In this document: piece by piece, positions 26,936 to 40,212 of the stretch
Numbering within the stretch: position 1 is the first letter of the stretch
Layout: every line of letters starts with the position of its first letter
Source: Psammoneis japonica
Lineage: Eukaryota
Assembly: GCA_008632985.1 (NCBI GenBank)
Contig: QPGO01000238.1
Span: 62,001-115,055 of the forward strand
Length of the DNA: 53,055 nt
Direction: 5' to 3'
Notes under the pieces: model-generated
Database searches by the model: none
Seen by the model: the letters and a program-made list of their open reading frames with translations, nothing else
Told to the model about the DNA's origin: nothing
Translations under genes and position numbers: made by a program

Positions 26936-28249
26936 GATCTTGACGATTGCTGCGTGATTGTAACATCAATTAACAAGAATGGGCGTCAACAATGGTTTAC
27001 TGGAGATGCGGAAAGAAAACGACCGATACAAACAACGATGTCCTGACACATACCCATTGCAGCAACAGATCCATCTTTTCCAGACGCCATAATGCTCTTT
27101 CTTCGAGACTTGGCCTTCTTTGCTTTCTGACCCAAAATAGAGATACAAACAACGACGCAATGAAGGAAATGAGAAGAAATGGATTGGACTTGCGTTCTTC
27201 TCCGTGAAAACGGCCGTAACGTAGAATTTGTATCAAAGCCTGCGATCCGAAACGCAGTAACGGCAGCATGGGACCAAGGCAACGGCTAATTGCTAAACTG
27301 CAACGGCTGTCTCTCAAAGCAGTAGGTTGACAAAACCACATCCAGAGCTCATGACGACGACTCGAAAGAAAGAGAATCAGCCCGGATAGGCATCACATCA
27401 CATCATGGTTCGGTGTGCAGCGGCTAATACAGCATCCACATTATCTACCCGCAATATACACACAAACACGACAAATATATGCGCACAAAACCCCACGCTG
27501 GACTTTTTTGTTCAACAAAAAAGACGAAACGCATACTCACAAAGAGCCGCCCTCCACGCTGATTTACAACCACTCACCTTTTTGGCTGCGGCACTCACGT
27601 GCGATGTTTTGACAGTACGAGCGCTTGAATAGGACGTGACACTGGCATTGTCGTTCGACATGGTATAGATGTCGTAGCAAACAAAATCTCAAGAGATTAT
27701 TGTGTCGTCTCTGTCAAGAATGAACAAAGTGCGAGTGAACAAGAGAGAGACGAGCTTGCCACGATCAAATTTCTCAACGAGGTTTGAGAAACGTGTTTCG
27801 AGCGTCATTTTCGGAAGAAAATAAAATATGTTTGGTGCTTGGGCAAACAAGCAAGGTGCGGTGGAAATTCTCTCTAATTCTACAGATGCGTGACATTCCC
27901 TCCACCATCAAAGAAATGTAACAGTGACGGGATAGCATCTTGGTCCATGACGACGGTGAAGACACACGGCAGCAGAGAGAAAGCAGATCGATTTTTGATG
28001 CACTGTTCTTTTTGTACAGGCAACAATAAGGTGCCAAGGCGGGAAATCATGGGATCGCTTGATGCGAAAACTGCACTTGACCGTTGCAAAGGAACCATGA
28101 GGTTTGTTACATCGCGTCCGTCAAAACCAGAATCACCATGGTGCGATATGGACGCTGCGTGGCATTTTTTTACCTGGTGTGGGCAGAAGGTTTTGATTAA
28201 CTCGACTCGAGCGAAGCGAGAGTCATCTCGCAAAAGTAACCCGGATGTT

Positions 28250-29480
28250 AAAGTGGGGAGAACTGACAACTGCACAAGCACCCATCACCCCAAAGGCAGC
28301 TGCACTCAAGGACAAGGAATGGCATGCAAAGCAAAATGTAACATACAGACAAGGAGCTTGTGCAGAAACAGGGTGTCCAGCCAGCACACCAGCACCAGCA
28401 GAGGAGGCTGCAAGAGGAGGCAGAGCACAGCACGAAGAAGCAAGAAGAGAAGCCACCACAGAAGGGGCAAGAGCCTGCACAGAGGACAGTTGGCATGTGG
28501 TGTGCCTTGAAGAACCAGGTGGATGGGGTGAACAAAATGCCAAAAAAAGGGGAAATTGTGAGACTTCTTTGGGAGCTACAAGCAAGCAGTTGTGTGAGAT
28601 GCTTTGCAGCACAACCCAACAAAAGCTCATTGCCGCCCCAGCAGGCCAGCCAAGAATCTCTGTGTGTTGTCCATGACCAAGCAGCACCCTGAACAGTGTT
28701 TTCAACACCACTTTGGGGTGTGACCCAGTTGTCATTGAGAGCTGCCTCACTGAAAACTGCTCCAGTGCTTGTTGACGAATGTCCAAAAGTGCGCACGCGA
28801 AAGCTCGCCTGAGCTTGCTGAAGATGTCTCTCTGCTGCTGTGCACTGAAGAAAAGGCAGAAGTTCACAGGCGTGCAGCATCTGAGGTGGCCAGAAATGAT
28901 TTCCAGCGTGTGCCAGTGCAAGGCAAGCAGTGGCAAAAGCAGGGTGGGAAAGCAAAGGCTTGCTTTGGTGAGGATGGCATGGGCAAAGTCAAGAAGCCAC
29001 ACAGAGAGAAACAAGCCAACTTGGTGCAGTCTTGGCACCAGGTGGTGGCCAAAGAGTGCACACCATTGTGCGCAGCAACTGCTTGTCAGGTGCCAGCCAA
29101 CAAGAGGGCTCAGCAGCGGCAGTGCTGGCCAGCTCCCAGCTGCCAGAGCTCGGCCAGCCTCTCACATTGCCAACTCAGAACACTTTGTGGCAGAGTTGAA
29201 AAGCAAAATGCTTTGATCACTGTGTGCAGCATGGCGGCAGGAAGGAAGTGGGTGAGACAAGCTTGAGGTGGGCGAGACAAGCTTGCTCTCCTCTCTCGCA
29301 CTGCAAAAGAAGAAACAACAACAGAGAGACAGGAAACAAGCAACAGCTGACAACAGCAATTCTTTCTGCTTGGAATGCCGTCACGTTTTCTATGTTCACT
29401 GTCCTCGTTGCTTGCGTGAGACTGGCGACATTTGTGCCACAAGATCTGTCTTCTCCGTGCCCGCTGCCGCATGACGGCGT
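28250..29480. mobile_element. TpA/CpG-depleted degenerate tract
   Basis: TA nearly absent, TG/CA excess; no recognisable protein. Confidence 0.45.
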
Positions 29481-29576
29481 TTTAAAGCTGTGTTTGACTA
29501 ACTTGATTAAAATGGCAAAGGGGCAATGCGTGATGACTCAAAAAATTTACCCCTGTAAGTAAGCAACAATTCGCCT

Positions 29577-29696
29577 TTATGTACGGTACAACCTTGTTAC
29601 GTCCTCTGCCTTATGTACGGCACAAAATTTGTGCCGTACATAAGGGGCAATTACTTAAAGGATGACCTTCCACGTCAGCGCTGTCGTTATGTACGG
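29577..29696. repeat. Perfect 37-bp palindrome plus repeated TTATGTACGG motif
   Basis: ccttatgtacggcacaaa-a-tttgtgccgtacataagg at 29609-29645 (18-bp arms); TTATGTACGG also at 29577 and 29687. Confidence 0.92.
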
Positions 29697-30922
29697 CATC
29701 CCACATTGTTTGACGACCTGCCCGCTGCGTTACTAGTCTAATGTTTCGAAAGCACGGGGTTGTTGAACGGCGGACGGGCGACGAGAAAACCGTTTTTAAA
29801 AGCACAAGCGCCTTTTACCGTAAATCCGAATGTTTTGATTTCAAAAAATGCACCACTGATGATGTCAACGATGTGGGCACCATTGCAACTCCACACTATC
29901 ACATCTGCCACTGGAGAGCAGAGGTGCGACAAAAAATCCTTTCGTGTTGCATGAGGATGTTCGGCAAAGGGTGAAGCGCGACAGCTCGTCTGTGGGCTTC
30001 ATGCCGTTGCAAAAAAATGTTCGGCAGTGACAAGTCTGCAGTTGGTGCTGCATCTATGCTGCAGGACATGGGAACACAACGGAACTTTGTGTGTCATTCA
30101 GAGAAAGCCACGGATGCTCTACGATTGGGACAAAACAGCGCTTCATCGAACCAAGTCCTCGCCTCTTGCTCAGCGCCAATGTTGATTGTGAGTGATGCCC
30201 CCTCAAACATCAGAGGTGTCCAACCATCTCTAACTCTTCCTTTTTTTCGCAGGGTGTGATGCATCTTCTGAAGACACAGTGCAGCCTTCAACTTCGTTGG
30301 GGTTTCAAACTTCAACGGGGTTCAAAGTTTGCACAGACCCTGATGGTGTTGGCATCCCGTCCGCCATTGCTTCAAGACTCCTGCGCAACCTGGAATTTTC
30401 GCTAGATCCATCCTCTGCTGGGCTCCCATTTTGCACAGGATTGCAGCCACTGGGGAGTTCTGCTGTGGATGAATCCTCCTCTCCTTGCTTGCACTGAGCT
30501 CGAGCGCTTGGTTCAAATCGAAAAACACTGTCTCATTTCAGCCGTTTTTCGTTTGAAATTTCTAAAATTCACCCCAAAACAAGGGGGTTCCCAGCCTCAA
30601 TGGAATCTCCTGCAGAAGTGCATGACTGAGCATGCGGTGCGTGAGCAGATGATGAGCCTCGGGTGTGAAGAACCCATGTTGAATGGCTTTGTGTTGATTT
30701 TAAGAACATCATTTGTCAAGCGATCGAAACGCAGTGACTTTTTGTGCAACAGTCCTTCCAATCTGATGTGTGGCTTTAATGCGATCATTCATGACGTGTT
30801 GCCCGCAGGGGTGGACAGGCACGTGCACACCGCAGCAACTCGACCATCCCCTGTCTGAAACGTCTCCATCCAACGCAATGCATCGCATGCAACAACTGCT
30901 CCATCCCCTGTCTCAGCGCCCA

Positions 30923-31280
30923 AGGAACCCCCGCAAGAAAGTTTGTAGCCCCAAGGAATGCAAGCGCGAGAAGTTTGTAAAGCATCGGGAAACCCCGCGA
31001 GAAAGTTTGCAGCCCCCCAGGAAAGCAAGCGCGAGAAGTTTGTAGAGCGTCAAGAACCCCCACAAGAAAGTTTCTAGCCCCCCAGGAACGCAAGCGCGAG
31101 AAGTTTGTAGAGCATCAGGAAGCCCCGAGAGAAGTTTGTGGCCCCCCAGGAATGCAAGCGCGAGAAGTTTGTAGAGCGTCAGGAACCCCCGTGAGAAAGT
31201 TTGCAGCCCCCCAGGAACGCAAGCGCGAGAAGTTTGTACAGCAGAACGTCAGGAACCCCAGCGAGAAAGTTTGTAACCTC
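30923..31280. repeat. Minisatellite, unit about 64 bp, about 5.5 copies
   Basis: Unit approximately ggaacccccgcgagaaagtttgtagccccccaggaacgcaagcgcgagaagtttgtagagcgtca. Confidence 0.93.
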
Positions 31281-32611
31281 AAAGGACCCCAAAGAGAAAG
31301 CTGCAATTAGCACTGCAGAGCTGAATGTTGCACATGGGATTCAACGGATGTGACACAGGTGTGCATGTGTCCTGTTAAAAAATCGATTAAAAACAGATAA
31401 ACCGGATCTGAAAATCTTGTGTAAAAACGAGAATGACCCTCACCGAATTTTTAACGCGAAAAACGACACGGCCATGGCGACAAAAGCCGCTCGCGTTGCT
31501 CCCACACTGTTCCATGCTACAAAACCAAGGCATGAATCGACCCGTCTTGTTGATCAGACATTAAAATACAACAACCTGGATCATCCACAACAAACTTGGT
31601 GCTCAAATCGAGTGCGCACTCTTGACACCAAAAATGACGCCCTGCAGAGACCCACACAAATTCTGCGCAAAAATGAAATCACCAATCAACAACCCTGTTA
31701 CAAACGGCAACTGGCAACGCCACACATGCCACCTCAGCAATCCACCAACACATCACGAGGTGTGTCAGACAATGAAGGATACGCCCACATCAATGAAAGT
31801 GCCACACCACACAAACGGCGACAACAGTGAGCGGGTCATTGTCGATGATGCATGTTTGTGTGACTCCGATGGCCACGGATTGAGAATTTCACGCTGTGGG
31901 GGTAAAAGCGAAGACACACAGGCAGACGAAAAATGCATGACCTTCAGTCATGCATGTCTGCTTCTACTCACACAAACACACATGTGCGTGATGAGTCTGG
32001 CGGTCCTGACCGTCAACAGAAATCTTGCAGTCTCACTCTCTTTTGCGAGTGACTCTGAAATCTAGCCACTGTCTGGTAGAGCTGCCAGCAGAGAGCAGTG
32101 CAGCTACGACACTTCTGCCTCAAAGCAGCTGGCAGCTTCCACTCTAGAGAGTGGAGAGCAGCGACCATTCTCCACTCTCTGCTCTCTGCTGGCAAGAGCA
32201 GCCAGGGAGCAGAGCTCTGCGCCTCTCCACTGGAGCAGAGAGCCAATCATGTTGGAGAGGCTCCAATGTTCCTTTGCAGGTGACACTTGGACTCGGCTCA
32301 CAAAATTCATTCCACGTGCTTTTTGTCCCACCACAAGAGTGTTTCTGAGTCAAAGTTGACTGTTCCTTTTTTTTCTCAGACCAATTTCTGTCCTGAGACA
32401 AGGTGAGCTTGACTGAAGTTGCTTGATTTGTTGTCAGAGTCAACGAGACACACAACAAAGTGGCACAGCCTGAAATGGAAAGCAAGATGCAACTGGCATG
32501 TCTAAACAGCATCAAGAGGGTGCAAGTGTGGGGTCATGAGACATGGTGCCTCTGTTCCAAACTCAATTTGTGTTGGCCTCTGGTTCATGTGTGCTTGCAT
32601 CATGTGCAAAA

Positions 32612-32817
32612 TGGTGTTTCCCGAGTGCGCATTTTGATCATCCGACCCAAGTGGGCACTTTGGTTGGTGTGCAAATTTGTTGACAAAGTTGATTTTGCTT
32701 CCAAAAATTTGGCAAAAAACAATGTGGTTGGTCTGCAACAAATTGGTCAACCAAAGTGTTTTGGATTGACCAAAATGCCTGATTTGGTCAACCAAAATGC
32801 ACACTCGGGAAACACCA
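32612..32817. mobile_element. Small MITE-like element with 25-bp terminal inverted repeats
   Basis: tggtgtttcccgagtgcgcattttg (32612-32636) versus caaaatgcacactcgggaaacacca (32793-32817); 1 mismatch. Confidence 0.6.
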
Positions 32818-33816
32818 ACAAACCAGGTGTGAAGCCAGCAATGTCTGAGCCTGTGAAGCCACAGCAGTGGCAACACACAGCACACTGAGGGGGGCCATGT
32901 CCAGAGCTGCATGGAACTTCTTCAGATGAAACAGCACGGGGTTTGACCAGCCCACCATTGTGCTGTTGGTCAGTTGTTCAACCCCGCATCCTTGGAGTGC
33001 TGCACATCTGTGTGGGGGTTGGCACCACACAGCACATGTGGAACATGTGCCAACTCTGCTGCTTGTTCTCTCACAGCACTCACAGCATTTTTTGTGCATT
33101 GTCCTCATCATCTTAACTGGGGGTTGTCATTTGAGTTTGGGTGTAAAAACTGATGGTGCAGCTGCACCCCCTGACATGAGCTTGGTTTTTCCCACATGTG
33201 GCACAAACATGCAGCCACTCAGCATCAATGTGAGAGTGCTGTTGTGAAATGAAGAGCAGTTTGTGACTTTGGCTGACACCTGAGACATGAAATCTTATGA
33301 CAACATTGCCAAAATGGCAAAACCTTTGGTCATTTGTGCAAGTGCAGAGGGATGCCCAAATTTGGAGCTGCTCAAATCACATGAACCCGGGCTTTGGTTT
33401 TGAGGATCTGTGATGAACAACATCATGGACAACCTCTGGCTGCAGCAGAAGCAATGTCAATCGGGGTTTTTTGCCAGATTGTGAGTTGATTCAAACTGGT
33501 TGAAAAGGAAAAGGTGGCTCACTGCGCTGTTGAAGCAGCACATGACTGGAAAGAAAGAGATTGCCAAAACATGAGGGGCCCTCAAAACAGACTCTTTCAA
33601 AGAACGAGCACTTGCACTCACCAAAGCGGAGCTTTGCCTGCTCTTTGAAAGGTTTTCTGATGGCAGCAGGAGCCCTTGGAGGAACGCAAATGGCAAAAAA
33701 AAAGCTTCGCTGGCTTCAAAACAAACACAGAAAGAGTCATGAGCTCAGCACCATGAGCTGCTTTCCAAAAATCACATTCTTGAGCACCTGCACACCCCAA
33801 CTCCACAGTGAAAGGA

Positions 33817-34032
33817 TCGCAGCCAAGACTCCAAGCCAAGCAAGGAGAGGACCTCCTTGACTGGACCGAGAGTCACCGCGCGAATGCAGGAGCGAAATGG
33901 GTTGAAGGACGGACGACGGACGAGACGAGCGGAAACGAGGCCAGCCCAAGGGATCCCCTCATTGTCTGGCAGGATGGGAGACACCATGGCACTGTCAGAG
34001 GCGTCTCCCAGGAGATGCCAACAATGAAAATC
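33817..34032 (+). repeat. Split direct repeat A1
   Basis: 216 bp, differs from A2 at 4 dinucleotide sites. Confidence 0.95.
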
Positions 34033-34961
34033 GAATGGTTTTTCTCTCTCTCCTGTCAGTCAATGCTGAAAATCCCTTGCGTGGTCTGCTTGCGCAGCCG
34101 GGAGTGTCTCGTGCATTGGTGCTGTTTGTTGCCACGCCATTTCGGCGCTGTCCTGTGGATGCACCTCCCCAATTTTTTTCACCACTGGTGCTGACTACGG
34201 TCACGCCATCTTGGCGCCATGTCACGTGGGCATTGCTCTAAATCCTGACTGGGTCCGCTTGTCAGCGTGGACCGCTTCGGCGGCCGAGGATTGCCTCGCA
34301 CTCTGGCCTGTTTGCCACACCTTTCAATGGTGCTTTCTCACAAGGAGCACATCCTCATGTGGACGGTCTCAGCACCATTAAAAGTCCTGCATGGGCAAAC
34401 AGTGGCATGGCTTTTCAATCCGCCTGCCGCTTTTTCCTGAACGCCCATGTTGGGCCCCTTTTCTTTTGCCGCTCTGCGGTTCATGGTCATCGCCTTTCCT
34501 CTCGGCGTGTCCAATTTTTCCCCTCTCCCAGGGACGTGGTGTGTTCAGACTTGTGCACCAGCACACTGCAGTGTCGGAATTACCAGCTCTATCTGGTCGA
34601 CATCAATTGTGTGCACATGTGTGCACTCCCGTGAGGGTTTAGTCAAAACGAAATTTGCCACCACGTTTCGGGGGTTTTTCGTCTTCTCGCGAAATGCGCG
34701 CCATCACGATGATGAATGGTGATGGAAACTGACCCGTCACATGGGAATGAAACTTGGATTTCTTTCTCATCTCCATTCATTGGACAAGTGTGGGAATCGT
34801 GAAGGGTTGCGTTCGCGGAACCGACACGGTGTCAGCCAACGCTTGTCCTTCTCGAGCAATTTCCACACGCTGGTGTCCTTCACTTTCCGGTGAGATTGCT
34901 CTCACTTTTCCTTTTTGCGATCAGACGAGCCTTTGGTTTTCTGCTGCTCTGTTGTTCCACC

Positions 34962-37243
34962 ATGAACCACGCCCACGCTGCTGCCATCAACCGCGGTGAG
35001 CTCTCCGCTGCAAAGCGGCACTCCGCCGCTTTGCCCTCCTCCACGGGTGCGATCGAGTCTGTCTCAACTGCTGTCCACCATGACACCCAGAAGGAGCTGC
35101 GAGACCATGTCTTCACGACCTCTGACCTTTTCTGCGCGGTCTGCAATCGCAAGATTGCGGTTGTGGCGAAACCTCGCCCCAGGCAGCATGCTGATGGGAA
35201 TCTAAAGTGGATCGGGAGCCTCTCGGATACGATCGGCGAGGTCATCCCGATGTTTGGCAGTTGGACTCGTTTCCAAGGCCATGCAACCACTCTAAACCCC
35301 CAGGGCGCTGTGGATGCTCATCACCTGCCCAAGTGCGAACTCAGCCCTGACGAGATTGACGGTCCCGTTGGCAATGACGGCAACAACGTGCCGGCGTCGA
35401 TGGGTCGTCTCCATTTTGGGAATCCTTCCGGACCGGCAGAGCGTCCCTCCATCGTCGCACTCCCGATGTTCCTGCCAATCCCAATGGGCGTCACCCTTCC
35501 TGTTGACTTTGACCCAGCAGATCCCCCAGCATCCCTTGCCACTGACTTTCCGCTCGGAGTGGTTTGGGCTCAGGGTGTGTCCTGGTTGCTTCAGCACAAC
35601 GCGTCTGTCTCTGTCACGGAAGGCGGCCCTGTGTTTGAGCAGAACGGTTTTGCCATTGTCGATGAGTTTGCAGGCCTCAAGATCCACAATCTCGACGACA
35701 ATGATGCACAGATGCTCCAACCTCTGACGGATTGGTGTGCACTAGTCAAGACCACGATGGACGCCTTTGCGGATGAGACCTGGAGGCAACTCGGTGGAGA
35801 AGATCCCGCGCAGACACCAGCTCCCGCCGCCCCAGCCCAAGGCACCAACGGACAGGTTCCGAACCACACCATCAACATCCCGCGCCAGGACTCAAAGAAG
35901 GAGTCAGACCAGAAGCTGAGGGCGTGCGACATTGGCCACCGCTGGTCACTCTGTGCGTTCCGAGTGACTGCTGGCACAGGTCCGGAGGACCCGCCCATGA
36001 TCATCGTGGGCGAGCTTGCGGACCAAGCGGTCAAGATTCTGCAGGACACGTTGGCTGCCAATGCAAACCGTGACCTTGCGGATCTTGTTAAGATGGCTGT
36101 TGTTGCATCAGCCCGTGGTGACAGTGGTCTAGATGCTGGGGTCGATTGCAAGTGCACCACAGTCAACAAGGCCACACGGACTGTTTCCGCGGCTTTAATG
36201 TGGTTGCGGAGCCCCCGCAGTGTGGCCAGGCTTCGCACCGTATGAAGCTGTCTGTCTTTCCCTTTCTTCCCCTGAAGACTGCATCATCTTCATTTGCTGG
36301 TCTCAAGGACGAAGGGAGGACACTCCATCGGGCACTTGCCAACGGCTCTGACTGCAAGATCCCCGATGACGCGAAGGCAAGCGACCTTTGCATCCAAGGA
36401 AGGATGGACACTGCCAGCGATCTGTGGTCAGCACTTTGCAACTTTCGCTGTGTCCTTGGATGTTGGATCAAGGACTTCGACAATGCGGAGCTGTGGAAGT
36501 CCCTGGATGTGTGCGCAAAGGTTCTCTGGTCGCACCCGGGCCGTGCGTGGCTCAAGAATCTCGAGGACCCGAAACCAGTCGTCGCTGGCATCCTAGATGA
36601 TTTCCAGACTGTTGTCAAAGTCTACTTTGAGATCGGAGACTCTCCCTTGTACCGTCAGGCGGTAGAAACCGAGCGTCCGCTGAGCTGCCAGACAGCAAAG
36701 GACGCTCGCACTCTGGTCAAGTCCCTCATTGCGGACCTCAACACCGCGATCACGCGGGGCAAGCCTCTGGCCTTTGCAGAGGCATCTACATTGGCCCTTG
36801 TCCCCCCAGGCAACTCTGTGTTTCCCTCTGCTGCTAGCGGAACGAAGGACAATGCGACCAAGTCTGGTCAACCTCCGAATGAGAAGCCGCGCACAGGGGA
36901 AACAGATGAGAAAACCACCGAGCTCTGCAAAGCGATGGGTGTGCTCAATTTTTCGGGCACGAAGTGGCTCCCGACCAGCCCCGTTTTCTACAAGAAGCGA
37001 GGATCAGATCAGGAGGAACGTGTCTGCATGTGCTTTTGTACTGAGGGGCACTTCTGCAAGTTCCCCAACTGCCCGAAGCCCCACCCATCGTCTCTCTCCA
37101 AGATTCCGAGTGAAAAGAGGGATGCCTTTTGCCAATTTGTCAAAGACACCCCTGGACTCGATTTTGTCCCTGGCAAGGGCCCAGACGGTGCATCCCAATC
37201 AGGTTCAAAATTTTCTAGTCTATGCACCACACCCTGTTGCTAA
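34962..37243 (+). pseudogene. Gag-like ORF1 of the YR retrotransposon (frameshift near 36175), C-terminal Cys/His finger
   Basis: ORFs 34890-36245 and 36146-37243 overlap in different frames; C-terminal CMCFCTEGHFCKFPNCPKPH is CCCH-like; position upstream of RT; the first 451-aa ORF has no Tyr. Confidence 0.7.
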
Positions 37244-37323
37244 TGCAGTGTTGTCCAAAACTGTTTTGTTTTTACTCTTGATTAGTCTGCATTATCCCGG
37301 ATAGGTCCGTTCGTCTCATCGCA

Positions 37324-40212
37324 ATGGATGTCGACGACGACAGCGATCAGGAGTGCGAGGTGATCGATGCAGAAAAAGAAGAGACCGGAATGAGCATCGA
37401 TGATGCCATCCCAGCTGTTGACGCTGCACTTGCCACGTCGGTGAAAGAGCCGCACCCGAGCCTGCGCCGAGGTGCGGTCACGCCGCAGCCTCCCGTCGAC
37501 GAGAATGAGCTGATTGAGCCATTCCCTACCTTCTCCATGGTCCATAAGAAGAAAGGGACCAATCTGATTCCTACAATCAACAACGGCTTCAACAAGAAGG
37601 CACGTGAGCACTTTGCCAATGCGGAACTGTCACCGGGCGTGCGTGCCAAACTGGACCAAAAATTCGGCAAGGAAAGCTTGAATCAATGTTTCTTGTTGGA
37701 AGCGTGTTTGCGTCATGTGTTGTCACCGCTGTTGAAATCCGGACACCTTTTGCCACCGGTTGATTGCGTGAGTGACTTGTCTGCCCAAATCGCCTTTGGG
37801 GGCGATTGGGAGAACTTCGGAGCGGCCATCCCGGAAGCAGCCGAGTTCATGAGTCTGGTCCAGGAACATGGCGACATCGACTTTAATCCTCTCCAAGGCT
37901 ACCCCAAGGGATGGCAAAAGGAGACAACGGTCAATGCGGATAGAGCCGCGATGACAACTGCCGCATTGTTGCATTTTGATGGCGACCCAGCAAACCTGGT
38001 TCGCTGGGTTGGCGGACCGCACGTCGGTGAACACAGATGCACGCAGAAAATGCTCCGCTTTCTACAAGGTCGTGTGCCCGACGAGACAATGGCACACGTT
38101 CGCCGCATCTTCCAAGACGGGGCGCCAGCGAAATGCAACACTGCTTTCTCTGAAGCAAACTTCCAAGCAGCTCTCAAGTGCGGAAACCACAAGGCCGTTG
38201 ACGCTGCACCTGACAAAACATTGGCGGCAGTCGTCAAGGACAATCGCAAGGGTTTCACGCTGCTTTTTGACCAGCGTCTGGTGCCATGCTTGCTGAACTG
38301 CCATCTCACTCCTCAGGGGATGGTGGACCTTGACAAGAAATGCAAGAGTCCGCGCCCCATCTTCGACAGTGCGATGCGAGCGACTCCGGGCGGTGCAGCA
38401 ATCAACGACACGTTGGACCTCAAGCACGAACCGCCGATCACGTTCCCATCAGCGGAAATGGACTTTATGGTGTGGACATGGAACATGAGAATGTCCTGCC
38501 CACATGAGGAGATCTGCCTTGGCAATGATGATGTGAGTGGCGCTTTCCGCAACATGAAGCACCACCCGAACCTTGTCGGGATGCATGCCAGCGTCCAGTG
38601 TGGACCAGGCGTCCTACAGACGGGTTGCACCTTCGGCGACAAGACCAACCCAAGCAACTGGGACGCCATTGCCAACGCAAGACAACATCTTGCTCAACAC
38701 TTCTGGCTGGTGCCCAACATGGTGGAGCTCGCCCAGCAGTGTCTCCCGTCGACATCATTCGCGGAACCTCCAACAGCTGAAGAGGTGGCGTCATTCTGTC
38801 CTGCGGAAGCAGACGCTGTCAATCCGGGCATGTTCCTAGACGGCAACCGTCTCCCACCAACATGCAAGCACCACATCGATGACAACTTCTACGGAGACAC
38901 ACGTGACTTGATGAAAAGAACAGTCGCTGTGAGCGCCCTGGCCGTGTGCATTGTGTTGGGCTTCCCACGCGATGAAACTCCGGATTTCCCAAGCAAAGAG
39001 AAACTGGACACACTGTGCTCGCATCTCCGACGAGCCCTGGGAAGGCACTTCAACTCAAGAGCACTGTCGGTGGGAATGCTCCCATGCAAACGAGAACAGT
39101 TCCTTGAAACTTTGCAAGAATGGTGTGACAAACAACGGCACACACTGTTGGATGCAGCGAACCTGAATGGTCAATGTGAATTCCATGCGCGGTGTTGTCC
39201 ATGGGCTCGGCCGAATTTTTTTGCACTCCAGAATTCCGTGCGGCGGGCTGTGGTCGTCCAATGCGCCATTGTCAAACGAATCATGGAGCGACAAAATTTC
39301 AAATTAAATTTTGAAACTCAACTGCCGAGTCATCTCAGGAATGGGCTGCCGAGCTCACTCGCGCGCACACAAGCCCAGCTCCTCTGTGAGCTGAAGATCG
39401 AGATCCCGATGACATCCGATGTCATTGATGTGATGAAGGATGCAGCATCCTACATCGAATCGACGCCAGACCCATGGACAGCACCGATTGGATGTGTCAT
39501 GCTGCGAGTGCCACATTGCCAAGCAATTGGAGACGCCAGTGACGCAGGCGGAGGAGCCCACTGCGCGGAACTCAAATTTTGGTTCGCATTTCTTTGGGGA
39601 CCAAAAATGGCGAAAGGGCTCCGGCTGAGGAAGGCCTCCGACCCAGAGTGTGTCCATGTCAACACAGCAGAGTTTGTTGTCATCACACTCAAGCTGGCAG
39701 CTGCAATTGTCTGCATGGAGACTATGACCCGAGAACGGGCCCATGAGTTCTTCCGGAACGGCGTCGTCCCGCTGCACCTGGTCGTCAGGAGTCGTTCAGA
39801 CAACATGGTGTCGGTCAACCGGTCCAACAAAGCAACGTCAAAGTCGCCACAGGGGCAACGATTTGTTTGGGTCTTCTGCGAATTGCTCCGCCGTGCTCGT
39901 GCCAACTTCAACGGTGATCACATCTTTGGCGACGAAAATTTTGTTGCCGACGACATCTCACGACCTTCTGTTTTTGCCTTGATCTCGCATCGCACCCATT
40001 CTGAACAGCTGTTTCGGAAGTGTCCCTTTCTGAAGACCTGGGACTGTTTCCAGCCGAGTCAAGAGCTGCTGCAGCTCCTCTCCTCACAGCTGTCTACCAA
40101 GCACAGAATGGCACCCCAGATCCCAAACGACTTGGGACAGCTCGTTCCCGCAGAATCCATTTCCTCTGCTTTTACAAGAGTGCGAAGTGGCACCTGGGAG
40201 ATCCGGAAATGA
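37324..40212 (+). pseudogene. Reverse transcriptase-RNase H ORF of the YR retrotransposon; open frame but YxDD mutated
   Basis: RT motifs DDVSGAFR, TFGDKTNPSNW and HIDD (expected YxDD); RNase H motifs GDAS, HVNTAEF, SDN and HIFGDENFVADDISR. Confidence 0.9.

Noticed and set aside
30923..31280. Possible CRISPR array
   Set aside because: Whole units repeat with no unique spacers, there are no cas genes, and the context is eukaryotic.
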